Source of the DNA: an uncultured virus (IMG/VR IMGVR_UViG_3300046471_000063)
Taxonomy: Duplodnaviria; Heunggongvirae; Uroviricota; Caudoviricetes
Strand: one strand, 5' to 3'
IMG/VR virus record: IMGVR_UViG_3300046471_000063
DNA length: 20,000 nucleotides
Shown here: positions 1-8,623 of the stretch, piece after piece
Layout of the letters: every line of letters begins with the position of its first letter
How positions within the stretch are numbered: position 1 is the first letter of the stretch
The notes under the pieces: generated by a model
The model's database searches: none
What the model saw: the letters and a program-made list of their open reading frames with translations, nothing else
What the model was told of the DNA's origin: nothing
Program-made: the position numbers and the translations under genes

Positions 1-2
1 GC

Positions 3-1226
3 GCCGAAAGCCGCCAGATGCAGCGTAAAGAGCACGCTGGCGATAAGATCGAGCTGAAAGCGGTTAACGAACTGCTCGACCAGCGCGATCAGGAAATCAA
101 GGCATTTGCCGAGAAGGCCAACAAGGAAATCAAAGAGCACGGTACCATTCTGGCGGACACCAAAACCGTTCTGGACGGTCTGGTGAAAGATGGTCTGGGC
201 CTGCAAGATCGCCTGCAGGACATCGAGCAGAAGATGGCGCGCCGCTTCGCTGCCAACGATCCTGCCGAGCAAAAGTCCGCTGGCGAAGAGCTGTCGGAAT
301 CCGAGGACTTCCAAGCCCTGCAAACCCGTGGTCGCGGTATTGCCCGTATCGGTCGCAAGGCGGTCACCAACATCACTAGCTCCACCACCGGCACCGGTGG
401 TGTTGGCGTAGGCATCCAGCCTACCCGTGTTCCTGGCATCGTTGCCGGGCCAGATCGCGAGTTCACGATCCGCGACCTGATCATGCCCGGCCGCACCGCG
501 TCGAACGCAATCGAGTTCGTGCAGGAGAGCGGTTTCCAGAACATGGCGGCCGTGCAGGCGACTGAAGGCGCGGCGAAAGCTCAGTCCGACATCTCGTTCG
601 CACTGAAGACGACCAACGTTGTCACCATTGCTCACTGGTTCCGGGCGTCCAAGCAGGTGCTGTCGGACATCCCGCTGCTGCAGAGCTACATCAACGGTCG
701 TGCGATCTACGGCCTGAAGTACAAGGAAGAAGAGCAAATCCTCGCTGGCAACGGCGTAGGCGGCAACCTGCTCGGCCTTATCCCTCAAGCCACCGCGTTC
801 AACAATGCTCTGCGCAAGGCTGGCGACACCAAGATCGACACTTTGCGTCGAGCCATCCTGCAGGTACGTATCGCTGAATACCGTGCCTCGGCTATCGCGC
901 TGAACCCGGTCGACTGGGCGGATATCGAGCTCACCAAGGACGCCAACGGCTCCTACATCTGGGTCAACGTCCAGGAAGGCGGCGCTCAGCGCCTGTGGAA
1001 GCTGCCGGTTGTGGACAGCAACGCTGTTCCAGAAGGTGAATTCCTCGTCGGCGCGATGAATATCGCGGCCCAAGTGTTCGACCGCGAAGACGCTGCTGTC
1101 GAGGTTTCGACCGAAGACGGTGACAACTTCCGCACCAACATGGTGACCATTCGTGCGGAAGAGCGCCTGGCGCTCGCTGTTTACCGCGAAGAGTCCTTCG
1201 TCCACGGTGAGTTTGACGCGGCTTAA
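3..1226 (+). CDS. Major capsid protein, HK97 fold (probably 5'-truncated by the window; first in-window ATG at 18)
   Basis: N-terminal coiled-coil delta-domain-like region, then HK97-family motifs (TIRDLI, TIAHWFRASKQVLSD, LNPVDWADIELTKD, RLWKLPVV, DNFRTNMVTIRAEERLALAVYR). The frame is open back to position 3 and there is no clear RBS before ATG 18. Confidence 0.95.
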   Translation, partial: AESRQMQRKEHAGDKIELKAVNELLDQRDQEIKAFAEKANKEIKEHGTILADTKTVLDGLVKDGLGLQDRLQDIEQKMARRFAANDPAEQKSAGEELSESEDFQALQTRGRGIARIGRKAVTNITSSTTGTGGVGVGIQPTRVPGIVAGPDREFTIRDLIMPGRTASNAIEFVQESGFQNMAAVQATEGAAKAQSDISFALKTTNVVTIAHWFRASKQVLSDIPLLQSYINGRAIYGLKYKEEEQILAGNGVGGNLLGLIPQATAFNNALRKAGDTKIDTLRRAILQVRIAEYRASAIALNPVDWADIELTKDANGSYIWVNVQEGGAQRLWKLPVVDSNAVPEGEFLVGAMNIAAQVFDREDAAVEVSTEDGDNFRTNMVTIRAEERLALAVYREESFVHGEFDAA

Positions 1227-1243
1227 GTCGTCACCACCAAACT

Positions 1244-1276
1244 GGAGCGCGCTCAGGCAACTGGGCGCGAACACCG
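1244..1276 (+). promoter_or_regulatory. Shine-Dalgarno GGAG followed by a GCAA-tetraloop hairpin upstream of the ATG at 1277
   Basis: GGAG 1244-1247; stem CGCGCTCAG 1248-1256 / CTGGGCGCG 1261-1269 (9 bp, one G-U); loop GCAA; 7 nt to ATG. Confidence 0.55.
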
Positions 1277-1519
1277 ATGCCAGAAATTACCGTTAAGGCC
1301 ATCAAGAGCTTCAACGCTGATGGCTTGAAAACTGACGTGCCCTACGTCAAGCGCGGGTCAGAATTCCCGGTCGATGAATCTGTCGCGCGCGACCTTCTGC
1401 GTTCCGGGCTCATCGAGGATTACGGCGTGAAAAACGCAGAGAAACCTGAAAACAAAAAGGCGACAGAACCAGCCAACAAATCCGCGCCGAAACCGTCAAC
1501 CAAACAGGCAGACAAATAA
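1277..1519 (+). CDS. Small virion-associated protein downstream of capsid, with a Lys/Pro/Ala-rich repetitive C-terminus
   Basis: 80 aa ORF filling the capsid-connector gap. Motif GSEFPVDESVARDLLRSGLIE resembles small post-capsid phage proteins. Confidence 0.75.
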   Translation: MPEITVKAIKSFNADGLKTDVPYVKRGSEFPVDESVARDLLRSGLIEDYGVKNAEKPENKKATEPANKSAPKPSTKQADK

Positions 1520-1521
1520 CC

Positions 1522-1998
1522 ATGAGCGTGATCGCCATCGAACTGGCCATGGCCCACCTGCTGGCTGAGCCTGAGGATCAAGAGTTGATCCAGGCACAGC
1601 TGGACGCGGCCGAGGAAGCGGCAATGCGCTTCTTGAACCGCCGGTTCTTTGTCGATCAGGCAGCAGTTGATTCAGCTAAAGCAGACACCACTCAGCGCAC
1701 ACGCGATGCTCGGGGTGTCTACGCCATCGCGATATCCGAGGCCGATTTGCCAGAGAATGCGGATATTCGCTGCAAGCTCCGGGAGAACGCCAGAAACACG
1801 CTGGCTGAAACCTATGAGGTAATCGACATGGATGAGCGCGGCATGGTCATCAACGCCGCTATCACAGCGGCTTGTCTGCTGAAGCTCGGCCACCTGTTCG
1901 CCAATCGCGAAGAAGTTGTCACGGGAACCATCGCTACCGAGTTGCCGCTATCTTCGAAGTCTCTTTTGATGCCTTACCGCATCAAGATGGGTGTTTGA
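1522..1998 (+). CDS. Head-tail connector protein (HK97 gp6-like)
   Basis: Motifs AMAHL, LIQAQLDAAEEAAMRFLNR, AACLLKLGHLFANRE, SLLMPYR; position in the head-tail module. Confidence 0.9.
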   Translation: MSVIAIELAMAHLLAEPEDQELIQAQLDAAEEAAMRFLNRRFFVDQAAVDSAKADTTQRTRDARGVYAIAISEADLPENADIRCKLRENARNTLAETYEVIDMDERGMVINAAITAACLLKLGHLFANREEVVTGTIATELPLSSKSLLMPYRIKMGV

Positions 1999-2336
1999 TG
2001 CTGGCCGGTAAGCTGCGGCACCGCATCGATTTCCAAACGCTTGGCCAGGTGCAGGACCCGGGCAGCGGCGAGATGGTGCCAGGCTGGGCGACGATCTGGT
2101 CCAAGGTGCCAGCCTCGGTGACGCCGCTCAGTGCGCGCGACTTGATCGCTGCGCAGTCAGCCCAGTCCGAGGCATCGGCCCGCATTATGATCCGTTACCG
2201 CGCCGGCGTTCTGCCGACCATGCGCATCATGTATCGCGGCGAGGTGTACGACATCAAGGGGCCGCCGCTGCCTGATCCTGATTCTGGTCTGGAATACCTC
2301 ACCATCCTGGTGGCGAAAGGAGTGAACGATGGCTGA
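1998..2336 (+). CDS. Head closure / head-tail adaptor (SPP1 gp16-like)
   Basis: ATG 1998 overlaps the upstream TGA. Motifs MLAGKLRHRIDFQ, IMIRYRAGVLPTMRIMYRGEVYDI, GLEYLTI. Confidence 0.9.
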   Translation: MLAGKLRHRIDFQTLGQVQDPGSGEMVPGWATIWSKVPASVTPLSARDLIAAQSAQSEASARIMIRYRAGVLPTMRIMYRGEVYDIKGPPLPDPDSGLEYLTILVAKGVNDG

Positions 2337-2868
2337 CGGCATCGAGTTCAAGCTCGAGGGGATCGACTCGTTGGTTTCCAAGCTTGAGGCGATCAGCTAC
2401 GACGCCAAGCGCAAGGGCGGCCGCGCAGCGTTACGTAAAGCGGCATCCCTCATCAGCACCAAAGTAGCCGAAAGCGCCAAGCGCGTGGATGACTCGAAAA
2501 CGGCTGAGGACATCAGCAAGAACATCACCATTCGCTGGAATGGTCGCTTGTTCAAAGCGTCTGGTGATTTGGGTTTCCGTGTGGGCGTTCTCGGCGGAGC
2601 CCGCCAGTATGGCAACACCAAAGAGAACGTCCGCAAAGGTAGAGCAGGGAAGCCCTACGAAACCTTGGGCAGCAAAGATAACCCCGGTGGAGACACCTGG
2701 TACTGGCGATTTGTCGAGTTCGGTACTTCTCGGGTAGCTGCGCGCCCATTCATGCGTCCTGCACTGGCGCAGAGCATCTCCGAGGCAACGGCCGTTTTTA
2801 TATCCGAATACGAAAAAGCCATCGACCGAGCAATCAAGCGAGCGGCCAAGAAAGGAACGACAGCGTGA
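2329..2868 (+). CDS. HK97 gp10-family tail completion/neck protein
   Basis: Motifs LEGIDSLVSKL, RAALRKAA, TWYWRFVEFGTSRVAARPFMRPAL. Confidence 0.9.
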   Translation: MADGIEFKLEGIDSLVSKLEAISYDAKRKGGRAALRKAASLISTKVAESAKRVDDSKTAEDISKNITIRWNGRLFKASGDLGFRVGVLGGARQYGNTKENVRKGRAGKPYETLGSKDNPGGDTWYWRFVEFGTSRVAARPFMRPALAQSISEATAVFISEYEKAIDRAIKRAAKKGTTA

Positions 2869-3233
2869 ACTCAGCCCCGATCTTCGCCGCGTGCGCCGCC
2901 GATGCTGGCGTGACTGCGCTTCTGGGCGTGTCGCCAACCAGGCTCTACCCGTTCGGGGAAGCGCCCGGGGGTGTCACCAAGCCCTATGCCGTATGGCAGC
3001 TGGTCACCGGCAGCCCGGAGAACTACCTGGCAGGTCGGCCAGACATGGACGGATACACGCTGCAGGTTGACGTCTACGGCGCCACGGCCGCCTCGGCCCG
3101 CGCAGTTACTGCGGCGATCAGCGCCGCAATCGAGTTGCAAGCCTACGTGACCCGCTGGGGCGGCGAGAGCAAGGACACCGAAACAAAGCTCTACCGGTCG
3201 AGCTTCGATATCGACTGGCTCGTTCCCCGATAG
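2865..3233 (+). CDS. Tail terminator protein (DUF3168-like)
   Basis: GTGA overlap with the upstream gene. Motifs [36 protein letters not shown]; position before the tail tube gene. Confidence 0.85.
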   Translation: MNSAPIFAACAADAGVTALLGVSPTRLYPFGEAPGGVTKPYAVWQLVTGSPENYLAGRPDMDGYTLQVDVYGATAASARAVTAAISAAIELQAYVTRWGGESKDTETKLYRSSFDIDWLVPR

Positions 3234-3251
3234 CCAAACCCAAAACCACCG

Positions 3252-3274
3252 ACCCGCCATGTGCGGGTTTTTTT
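3252..3274 (+). terminator. Intrinsic terminator upstream of the tail tube gene
   Basis: ACCCGC-catgt-GCGGGT followed by a T run. Confidence 0.7.
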
Positions 3275-3297
3275 ATGCCCGACATTTGGAGATCACC

Positions 3298-4029
3298 ATG
3301 TCGATGCTGTCTCAAGGAACCCAGATTTACGCCCTGGTGCGATCCCTCGCCAACCCTTCGGCGTTCGAGATTATGGAAGTCGAGTGCGCTACGACTTTCA
3401 GTCCTGGCGGTAACCCTGCCGATCCGATTGAAACAACCTGCCTCAGTCAGAAGGTGCGTACGTACATGCGTGGTCTTCGGACGCCGGGCCAGGCATCGAT
3501 GACGATCAACGCCGATCCTCGCATCGACTCCCATATGCGCCTTCATCAGTTGTCCGAGGACGATACCGACGAGACTATTCACTGGGCGGTGGGATGGTCT
3601 GACGGCATTGATATTGCTCCGACAGTTGGGCTGCCTGGTGCGCTGCAGGCGCTCAGCCTCACGAATGGCGGCACGGGCTACACCTCTGCGCCAACTGTAG
3701 GCCTAACCGGTGGCGGCGGCACTGGCGCGACTGCCACGGCTCAGATCGCCGACGGCAAAGTCACCGGCTTTACCATCACAAGCCCTGGCACGGGTTACAC
3801 CTCTGCGCCGACAGTAGCCCTCACGGGTGGTGCGGGCAGCGGCGCAACAGCTGCAGCTGTGGTTTCTGATGAGGTGGACTTCGTACTGCCTCCGACGCGC
3901 ACTTGGTTCCTCTTTGACGGTTACGTCTCCGACTTCCCCTTTGACTTCACCGCCAATGCTGTCGTAAGCACCGCCGCAACTATCCAGCGTTCGGGTGGCT
4001 CGGCCTGGATTCGTAAGGTGGCCGCGTAA
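3298..4029 (+). CDS. Major tail (tube) protein with internal duplicated Gly/Thr-rich insertion
   Basis: RBS GGAG before ATG 3298 (the ORF-track start at 3259 lies inside the terminator). Motifs [60 protein letters not shown]. Confidence 0.92.
   Translation: MSMLSQGTQIYALVRSLANPSAFEIMEVECATTFSPGGNPADPIETTCLSQKVRTYMRGLRTPGQASMTINADPRIDSHMRLHQLSEDDTDETIHWAVGWSDGIDIAPTVGLPGALQALSLTNGGTGYTSAPTVGLTGGGGTGATATAQIADGKVTGFTITSPGTGYTSAPTVALTGGAGSGATAAAVVSDEVDFVLPPTRTWFLFDGYVSDFPFDFTANAVVSTAATIQRSGGSAWIRKVAA
3670..3850 (+). repeat. Tandem duplication (117 bp / 39 aa period) inside the tail tube gene
   Basis: GGCACGGGCTACACCTCTGCGCCAACTGTAGGCCT at 3670 and GGCACGGGTTACACCTCTGCGCCGACAGTAGCCCT at 3787; protein [15 protein letters not shown](G/A)G(T/S)GATA twice. 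Confidence 0.9.
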
Positions 4030-4412
4030 TGGACCTGAGTCTCGACAACCTCAAGAAATCCAAGGCCTTCACGTCGCGTCCGGTGGAAAAGACCATCACG
4101 TGGAAAAAAGACGGTGAGGTGCACATTTTCACCACCTTTGTGCGTCCTCTTTCTTACCAAACCGCTGTAGGTGACATCGCTACTCATCGTGGCGCTGATC
4201 CGCTGGCGTCGCGCATTGCCGCAAGCATTTGCGACGCTACTGGGAAGGCAATTTTCAAAGTGTCAGATGTGACCGGGGAAGTAGTGCTACCAGCTGACTG
4301 GAAAGAGGGGGATCCCATTCCAGAAAGCAAAGGGGCGCTTGACCCCAATCTGACAAACCTGCTGCTGATCGCCATCGGCGAAGTGCAGAACTTGGGAAAG
4401 AAGCCGAGCTAA
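4029..4412 (+). CDS. Tail assembly chaperone (lambda gpG equivalent)
   Basis: Between tail tube and tape measure. Motifs PVEKTITWK, FVRPLSY, RIAASICDATGKAIF; ends QNLGKKPS with a slippery heptamer. Confidence 0.88.
   Translation: MDLSLDNLKKSKAFTSRPVEKTITWKKDGEVHIFTTFVRPLSYQTAVGDIATHRGADPLASRIAASICDATGKAIFKVSDVTGEVVLPADWKEGDPIPESKGALDPNLTNLLLIAIGEVQNLGKKPS
4394..4400 (+). other. Programmed -1 ribosomal frameshift site (G GGA AAG)
   Basis: GGGAAAG is in X XXY YYZ phase and matches the lambda G/T site. The -1 frame is open from 4400 and in frame with the ORF ending at 4708. Confidence 0.88.
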
Positions 4413-4708
4413 ATCCGGTCGATGAGTTTTGGTGCGAGCTGGTTATGAATGGAATCGGCGGCCGCACCATCGCCGAAGCTCAGGAGAACATGACTCACAC
4501 CGAATTTATCGTGTGGTGCAAGTTCCGCAACAAGCGTGGATCCCTGCATCAGGGCATGCGAGTTGAGATGGCTTTAGCTCAGTTGCAAGCCTTCTACGCC
4601 AACTGCAAAACCGGCAAAGACACGGCGAAATTGTTCATTCAGGACTTTGCGCCGCACATGGATCCGCGCGAGTTGACGCTTGATGAAGCGATGAAAACCT
4701 GGAGTTAG
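4400..4708 (+). CDS. Tail assembly chaperone frameshift extension (gpT portion of the G-T fusion, join 4029-4400,4400-4708)
   Basis: -1 frame reads EAELNPVDEFWCELVMNGIGGRTIAEAQ...RNKRGSLH...DFAPHM...TLDEAMKTWS; no clear RBS before ATG 4445. Confidence 0.85.
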   Translation, partial: EAELNPVDEFWCELVMNGIGGRTIAEAQENMTHTEFIVWCKFRNKRGSLHQGMRVEMALAQLQAFYANCKTGKDTAKLFIQDFAPHMDPRELTLDEAMKTWS

Positions 4709-4711
4709 GTA

Positions 4712-7285
4712 ATGGCTGGATCTCTCGGCACACTCACGCTCGACTTGATTGCCAAAATCGGCGGTTATACAGGCCCGCTGGATAAGGCGAGCCAGGAAAC
4801 CAAGAAGCGCAACGCTGAGATTGCGAAATCTTTTGACAGTCTGGCAAAAGGGATCGGCACCGCGATTGGCAGCATTCCTGCCGTCCTTACCGCGCTGGTG
4901 GTCTCCTCGTCGAATTCAGCGAAAGAAATCGCCAATTTGTCAGCGCTGGCTGGGCTTGGCACGACTGAATTTCAAAAGCTGGCCGCCGGCGCTCGCAGTG
5001 TTGGTGTGGACCAGGACAAACTGGCGGATATCTTCAAGGACACCAACGACAAGCTCGGGGACTTCATTAACACCGGCGGCGGGGCGCTGAAGGATTTCTT
5101 CACCAATATCGCGCCCATGGTAGGCGTGACGGCTGATCAGTTCAAAAAGCTGAACAGCAAAGATGCGCTGGCGCTGTACGTCACCAGTCTGGAAAAGGCC
5201 AACGTCAGCCAGTCTGAAATGACCTTCTACATGGAGGCCATTGCGAACGACTCGACGGCGCTGGTCCCGCTTCTTCGTGATAACGCGAAAAGCTTTGACG
5301 AGCTCGGCGCGTCAGCGGAAGACGCCGGCATTGTCATGAGCGAGGGCACAATTGCCGCCGCCAAGCAATTCGGCTTAGAGCTTCAGGGGCTCGGCCAGTA
5401 TGTGAAGTCGGCGCAAGTCGCGCTGGCGGCTGAGTTTTTGCCTGTATTGCTGCAATTCAGCAAGGATGTTAACCAGTCGGCCAAGGATTCAGGCGGCCTC
5501 TCGAAGGTTGTAAAAGGTCTCGGTGAAGATCTGGTATCCACCACGGCATTCATCGTCAATGCCGGTGATGGCGTTGCCCGCGTCTTCGACATCGTTGCCA
5601 ATGTGATCGTAGGGTCTTTCGCCACGGCTTCCGCGCGGATCAGCAATCTTTCCTCGCAGGCGAACACCGCGCTCGGAGCTCTCACATTCGGAGACACCTC
5701 GAAGCAATTCAAGGCAAATGCCGCGAGCTTCGCGAGTGACGCGCAGATCCAGTTCGGAGTGGCTGCCCAGGCTGCCGCAAAAATCACAGAGGATCTGGAA
5801 AAGCCCTTGGCCGGTGACCGGTTCAAGGAATATGTGGCCAACGCCAAAAAGGCCGCTTCTGAAATTGCCATTACCAACCAGGCGATTACGAAGGGTACTG
5901 GCAGCGGCGTGGACCCGGCGGCGATTGCCGCCAATGCAGCGGCGCAGAAAAAGGCCGCGAGCGATGCGGCGGCCGCTGCAAAGAAAATTCAGGACACCTT
6001 CAACAGCACCGAGACTGATTACAAGCGCCAGATCGACCTCATCAACACCAGCACCGACGCTCGAAAAAACGCCACGGAAGTCGCGAAGCTCCAATTCGAA
6101 ATCGAGTCGGGCAAGTTGGTCGGCATCAACGCCGCCCAGCAGGAGCGTTTGAAGGGACTGGCGGCCGAACTCGACGTACAGCTCAAGCTTAAAAAAGCCA
6201 GCGAGGATGCCGCCAAACTCGCCGCGTTTGGCGATTCCCTCCGCGATGGCAATCGCACCGTGAAGGAAGGATTCCAGATCGAGCTGGCCGGCAGTGGCTC
6301 CGGCGACAAGCTCAAGGACCGGCTGAAGGCGGACCTTGCCATCAGGCAGGACTTCGACAAGCAGCAGGCCGATCTGCAGAAGCAGTACAACGGCGGCGAC
6401 ATCAGCCAGGAGATGTACGACAGGGAAACCGAGATGCTGCAGGAGGCGTTGGCAGAGCGGCTGGTGCTACAGCAGGACTACTACAACCAGATCGACGATG
6501 CCCAATCGAATTGGCTGGATGGCGTCAGCAGTGCCTGGGAAAACTACAAGGACACCGCCACCGACTACCAGCAGCAGGCGAAGGATGCGACCACCAGCAT
6601 TCTGGGGGACACCACTTCATCAATCGCCAGCAACCTTGAGGGAATCCGGCAAGGGACGGTAGATGCCGGCGAGGCTGCCAAGAACGTGATGTCTGACCTC
6701 GCTCTGTCGGTGATCACCGCGCTCGAGCGTATGGCTGCTCAATGGATCGTGTACCAGGGCATTCAACTGCTGACTGGCAAGGCGACTCAGGCCAGTGCCT
6801 CGGTGGCGATGGTGGCGAACGCGCAGGCAACAGCGTTTCAGGCATCGCTCGCGGCGTTCGCGAGCACGGCGGCGATTCCAATCGTTGGCCCGATTGCCGC
6901 TCCGGCAGCAGCAGCGGCGGCCGCCAGCTTTGCAGCACCGTTGGTTGCTGGCGTGGCCACGGCCAGCCTTGCCGGTATGGCGCACGACGGTCTCGATGCT
7001 GTTCCGGAAACGGGTACCTGGCTGCTCCAGAAGGGCGAGCGAGTAACCACTGCCGAAACCAGCGCCAAGCTGGACAAGACCCTGAACGACGTGCAGAGCG
7101 CGAATGGATCGCGCGGCGGGACTGTGGTCAATCTATTCGAGGATGCGTCGAAAGCAGGGCAGAGCAGAACACGGACGGAAAACGGACAAGACGTCGTTGA
7201 ACTCTGGGTTGCAAACATCATGAACGATGGTGCTGCGCACCAGGCCATGGAACAGAAATACGGACTCGGAACGGTGGGATCATGA
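4712..7285 (+). CDS. Tail tape measure protein
   Basis: 857 aa, Ala-rich helical. N-terminus SLGTLTLDLIAKIGG; C-terminal GMAHDGLDAVPETGTWLLQKGERV; follows the chaperone genes. Confidence 0.95.
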   Translation: MAGSLGTLTLDLIAKIGGYTGPLDKASQETKKRNAEIAKSFDSLAKGIGTAIGSIPAVLTALVVSSSNSAKEIANLSALAGLGTTEFQKLAAGARSVGVDQDKLADIFKDTNDKLGDFINTGGGALKDFFTNIAPMVGVTADQFKKLNSKDALALYVTSLEKANVSQSEMTFYMEAIANDSTALVPLLRDNAKSFDELGASAEDAGIVMSEGTIAAAKQFGLELQGLGQYVKSAQVALAAEFLPVLLQFSKDVNQSAKDSGGLSKVVKGLGEDLVSTTAFIVNAGDGVARVFDIVANVIVGSFATASARISNLSSQANTALGALTFGDTSKQFKANAASFASDAQIQFGVAAQAAAKITEDLEKPLAGDRFKEYVANAKKAASEIAITNQAITKGTGSGVDPAAIAANAAAQKKAASDAAAAAKKIQDTFNSTETDYKRQIDLINTSTDARKNATEVAKLQFEIESGKLVGINAAQQERLKGLAAELDVQLKLKKASEDAAKLAAFGDSLRDGNRTVKEGFQIELAGSGSGDKLKDRLKADLAIRQDFDKQQADLQKQYNGGDISQEMYDRETEMLQEALAERLVLQQDYYNQIDDAQSNWLDGVSSAWENYKDTATDYQQQAKDATTSILGDTTSSIASNLEGIRQGTVDAGEAAKNVMSDLALSVITALERMAAQWIVYQGIQLLTGKATQASASVAMVANAQATAFQASLAAFASTAAIPIVGPIAAPAAAAAAASFAAPLVAGVATASLAGMAHDGLDAVPETGTWLLQKGERVTTAETSAKLDKTLNDVQSANGSRGGTVVNLFEDASKAGQSRTRTENGQDVVELWVANIMNDGAAHQAMEQKYGLGTVGS

Positions 7286-7734
7286 TTGTTTACCCATCGC
7301 AGCTGCCCTTGCCGTTGCTGGACGGTTACAAGCTGAGCACGGTCAGTCCGCTGATGAGGACCCAACTCAACAGCGGCAGATCGCGCCAGCGCAGGAAATT
7401 CACCAGCGTCCCAACTCAACCCACTGTGAAATGGATTTTCAGCGATCAACAGGCGGCTTTCTTCGAAGCCTGGTTTGCCAGAACCTTGGTCGATGGCTCG
7501 CTGTGGTTTCAGGCCACGCTGAAAACGCCCACGGGCCTGCGGGATTATGAATGCAGGTTCACCGACATCTATGAAGGGCCTGAGCTTATCGGCGTCGATC
7601 ACTGGCGTTACTCAGCGGTCCTTGAGCTTAAGGAGCGTCCATTGATTGAGCCGGGCTGGGAAATGTTCCCTGATCTGTGGTTCGGCGCAAAACTGATTGA
7701 TATCGCGCTGAACCGGGAGTGGCCAGTTCCATGA
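7282..7734 (+). CDS. Distal/minor tail protein
   Basis: ATGA overlap with the tape measure gene. Motifs YPSQLPLPL, MRTQLNSGRSRQRRKF, FFEAWF, WFQATLKTPTG. Confidence 0.8.
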   Translation: MIVYPSQLPLPLLDGYKLSTVSPLMRTQLNSGRSRQRRKFTSVPTQPTVKWIFSDQQAAFFEAWFARTLVDGSLWFQATLKTPTGLRDYECRFTDIYEGPELIGVDHWRYSAVLELKERPLIEPGWEMFPDLWFGAKLIDIALNREWPVP

Positions 7735-8213
7735 ATCCACTCGACGTTGCATACGCTTCTCCCGGGTCTGAGGTTCTTATTCCAACAATTGAAATTAGCT
7801 CAGCGGCCTCCGAAACGCAGCTGATCTGTGCAGGGTTTGAGAATCAGACATGCGGTACCGAAGACGGGCGGGTTGTCACCTTCGAGGCCACTGGCCTCGA
7901 TATCTCGCTTCCTAATAAGGACAACACTGGCAGCCAGTCGGTGACGTTCGCTATCGATGGCGTCCTGGGCATTGCACAGAGCCTCATTATTCAGGCCATG
8001 GAAGCCGAAGCGGTCATCAGATTGACGCTGAGGTTGTACCTCAGCACTGATCTGAGCCAGCCAGCGCAACGCCCGTACTACCTGGTTGTGCGTGGCGGGA
8101 GCATGGAAGGGGAAACGGTGACCGTCCAAGGCGGTTACTTCAGCCTGATCGACATCAATTTCAACCGGGATACCTACAACGCCAATACGGCCCCCTGCAT
8201 CAAGTACCTCTGA
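7731..8213 (+). CDS. Minor tail protein (DUF1833-like hub/baseplate component)
   Basis: ATG 7731 overlaps the upstream stop. Motifs VAYAS, CGTEDGRVVTFEA, SVTFAID, LYLSTDLSQP; synteny. Confidence 0.8.
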   Translation: MNPLDVAYASPGSEVLIPTIEISSAASETQLICAGFENQTCGTEDGRVVTFEATGLDISLPNKDNTGSQSVTFAIDGVLGIAQSLIIQAMEAEAVIRLTLRLYLSTDLSQPAQRPYYLVVRGGSMEGETVTVQGGYFSLIDINFNRDTYNANTAPCIKYL

Positions 8214-8215
8214 CC

Positions 8216-8623
8216 ATGCTGACTCGATACCTCTCCGCTCGCTATGTCGATGGCGGCCGCGAACTGCCGTGCCTGGATTGTTGGGGCATGACCATTCTCG
8301 CCCGTCACGAGTTGTTCGGGCTGCCCATGCTTTCCAGTTTCGGCGAAGTGCATCGGCAGCACACCTTGGAGTTCCAGCGCGCGTATCGGGGGGAGGTGAG
8401 TCGGGCCTTAGAAGAATGTGCGCCCTTTCCCGGTGCGATCGCCGCCGTGCTGCGCGGAGCGGTTTGCACGCATGTCGGCCTTGTGGTCATGAAGGATGGT
8501 CGGCTGCAAGTCCTCGAAATAAATCCAGCCAGCGGTGCCCGCGTAGTGCGCCTGCAGGAATTCAAAGACAGTTACATGAAGGTGGTCTTCTACCGTGATC
8601 GAGATCCTGACGAACAAGCTTGA
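8216..8623 (+). CDS. NlpC/P60-family tail tip protein
   Basis: YVDGGR, LDCWG (catalytic Cys) and HVGLV (His); lambda gpK-like position. Confidence 0.85.
   Translation: MLTRYLSARYVDGGRELPCLDCWGMTILARHELFGLPMLSSFGEVHRQHTLEFQRAYRGEVSRALEECAPFPGAIAAVLRGAVCTHVGLVVMKDGRLQVLEINPASGARVVRLQEFKDSYMKVVFYRDRDPDEQA

Noticed and set aside
1200..1280. Capsid C-terminal extension by frameshift or readthrough into the 80-aa ORF
   Set aside because: No X XXY YYZ slippery site near the TAA stop, and the downstream ORF has its own plausible SD.
5900..6970. Ala-rich GCN runs and long antisense ORFs in the tape measure gene
   Set aside because: Ordinary low-complexity tape measure sequence; the antisense ORFs follow from codon bias.
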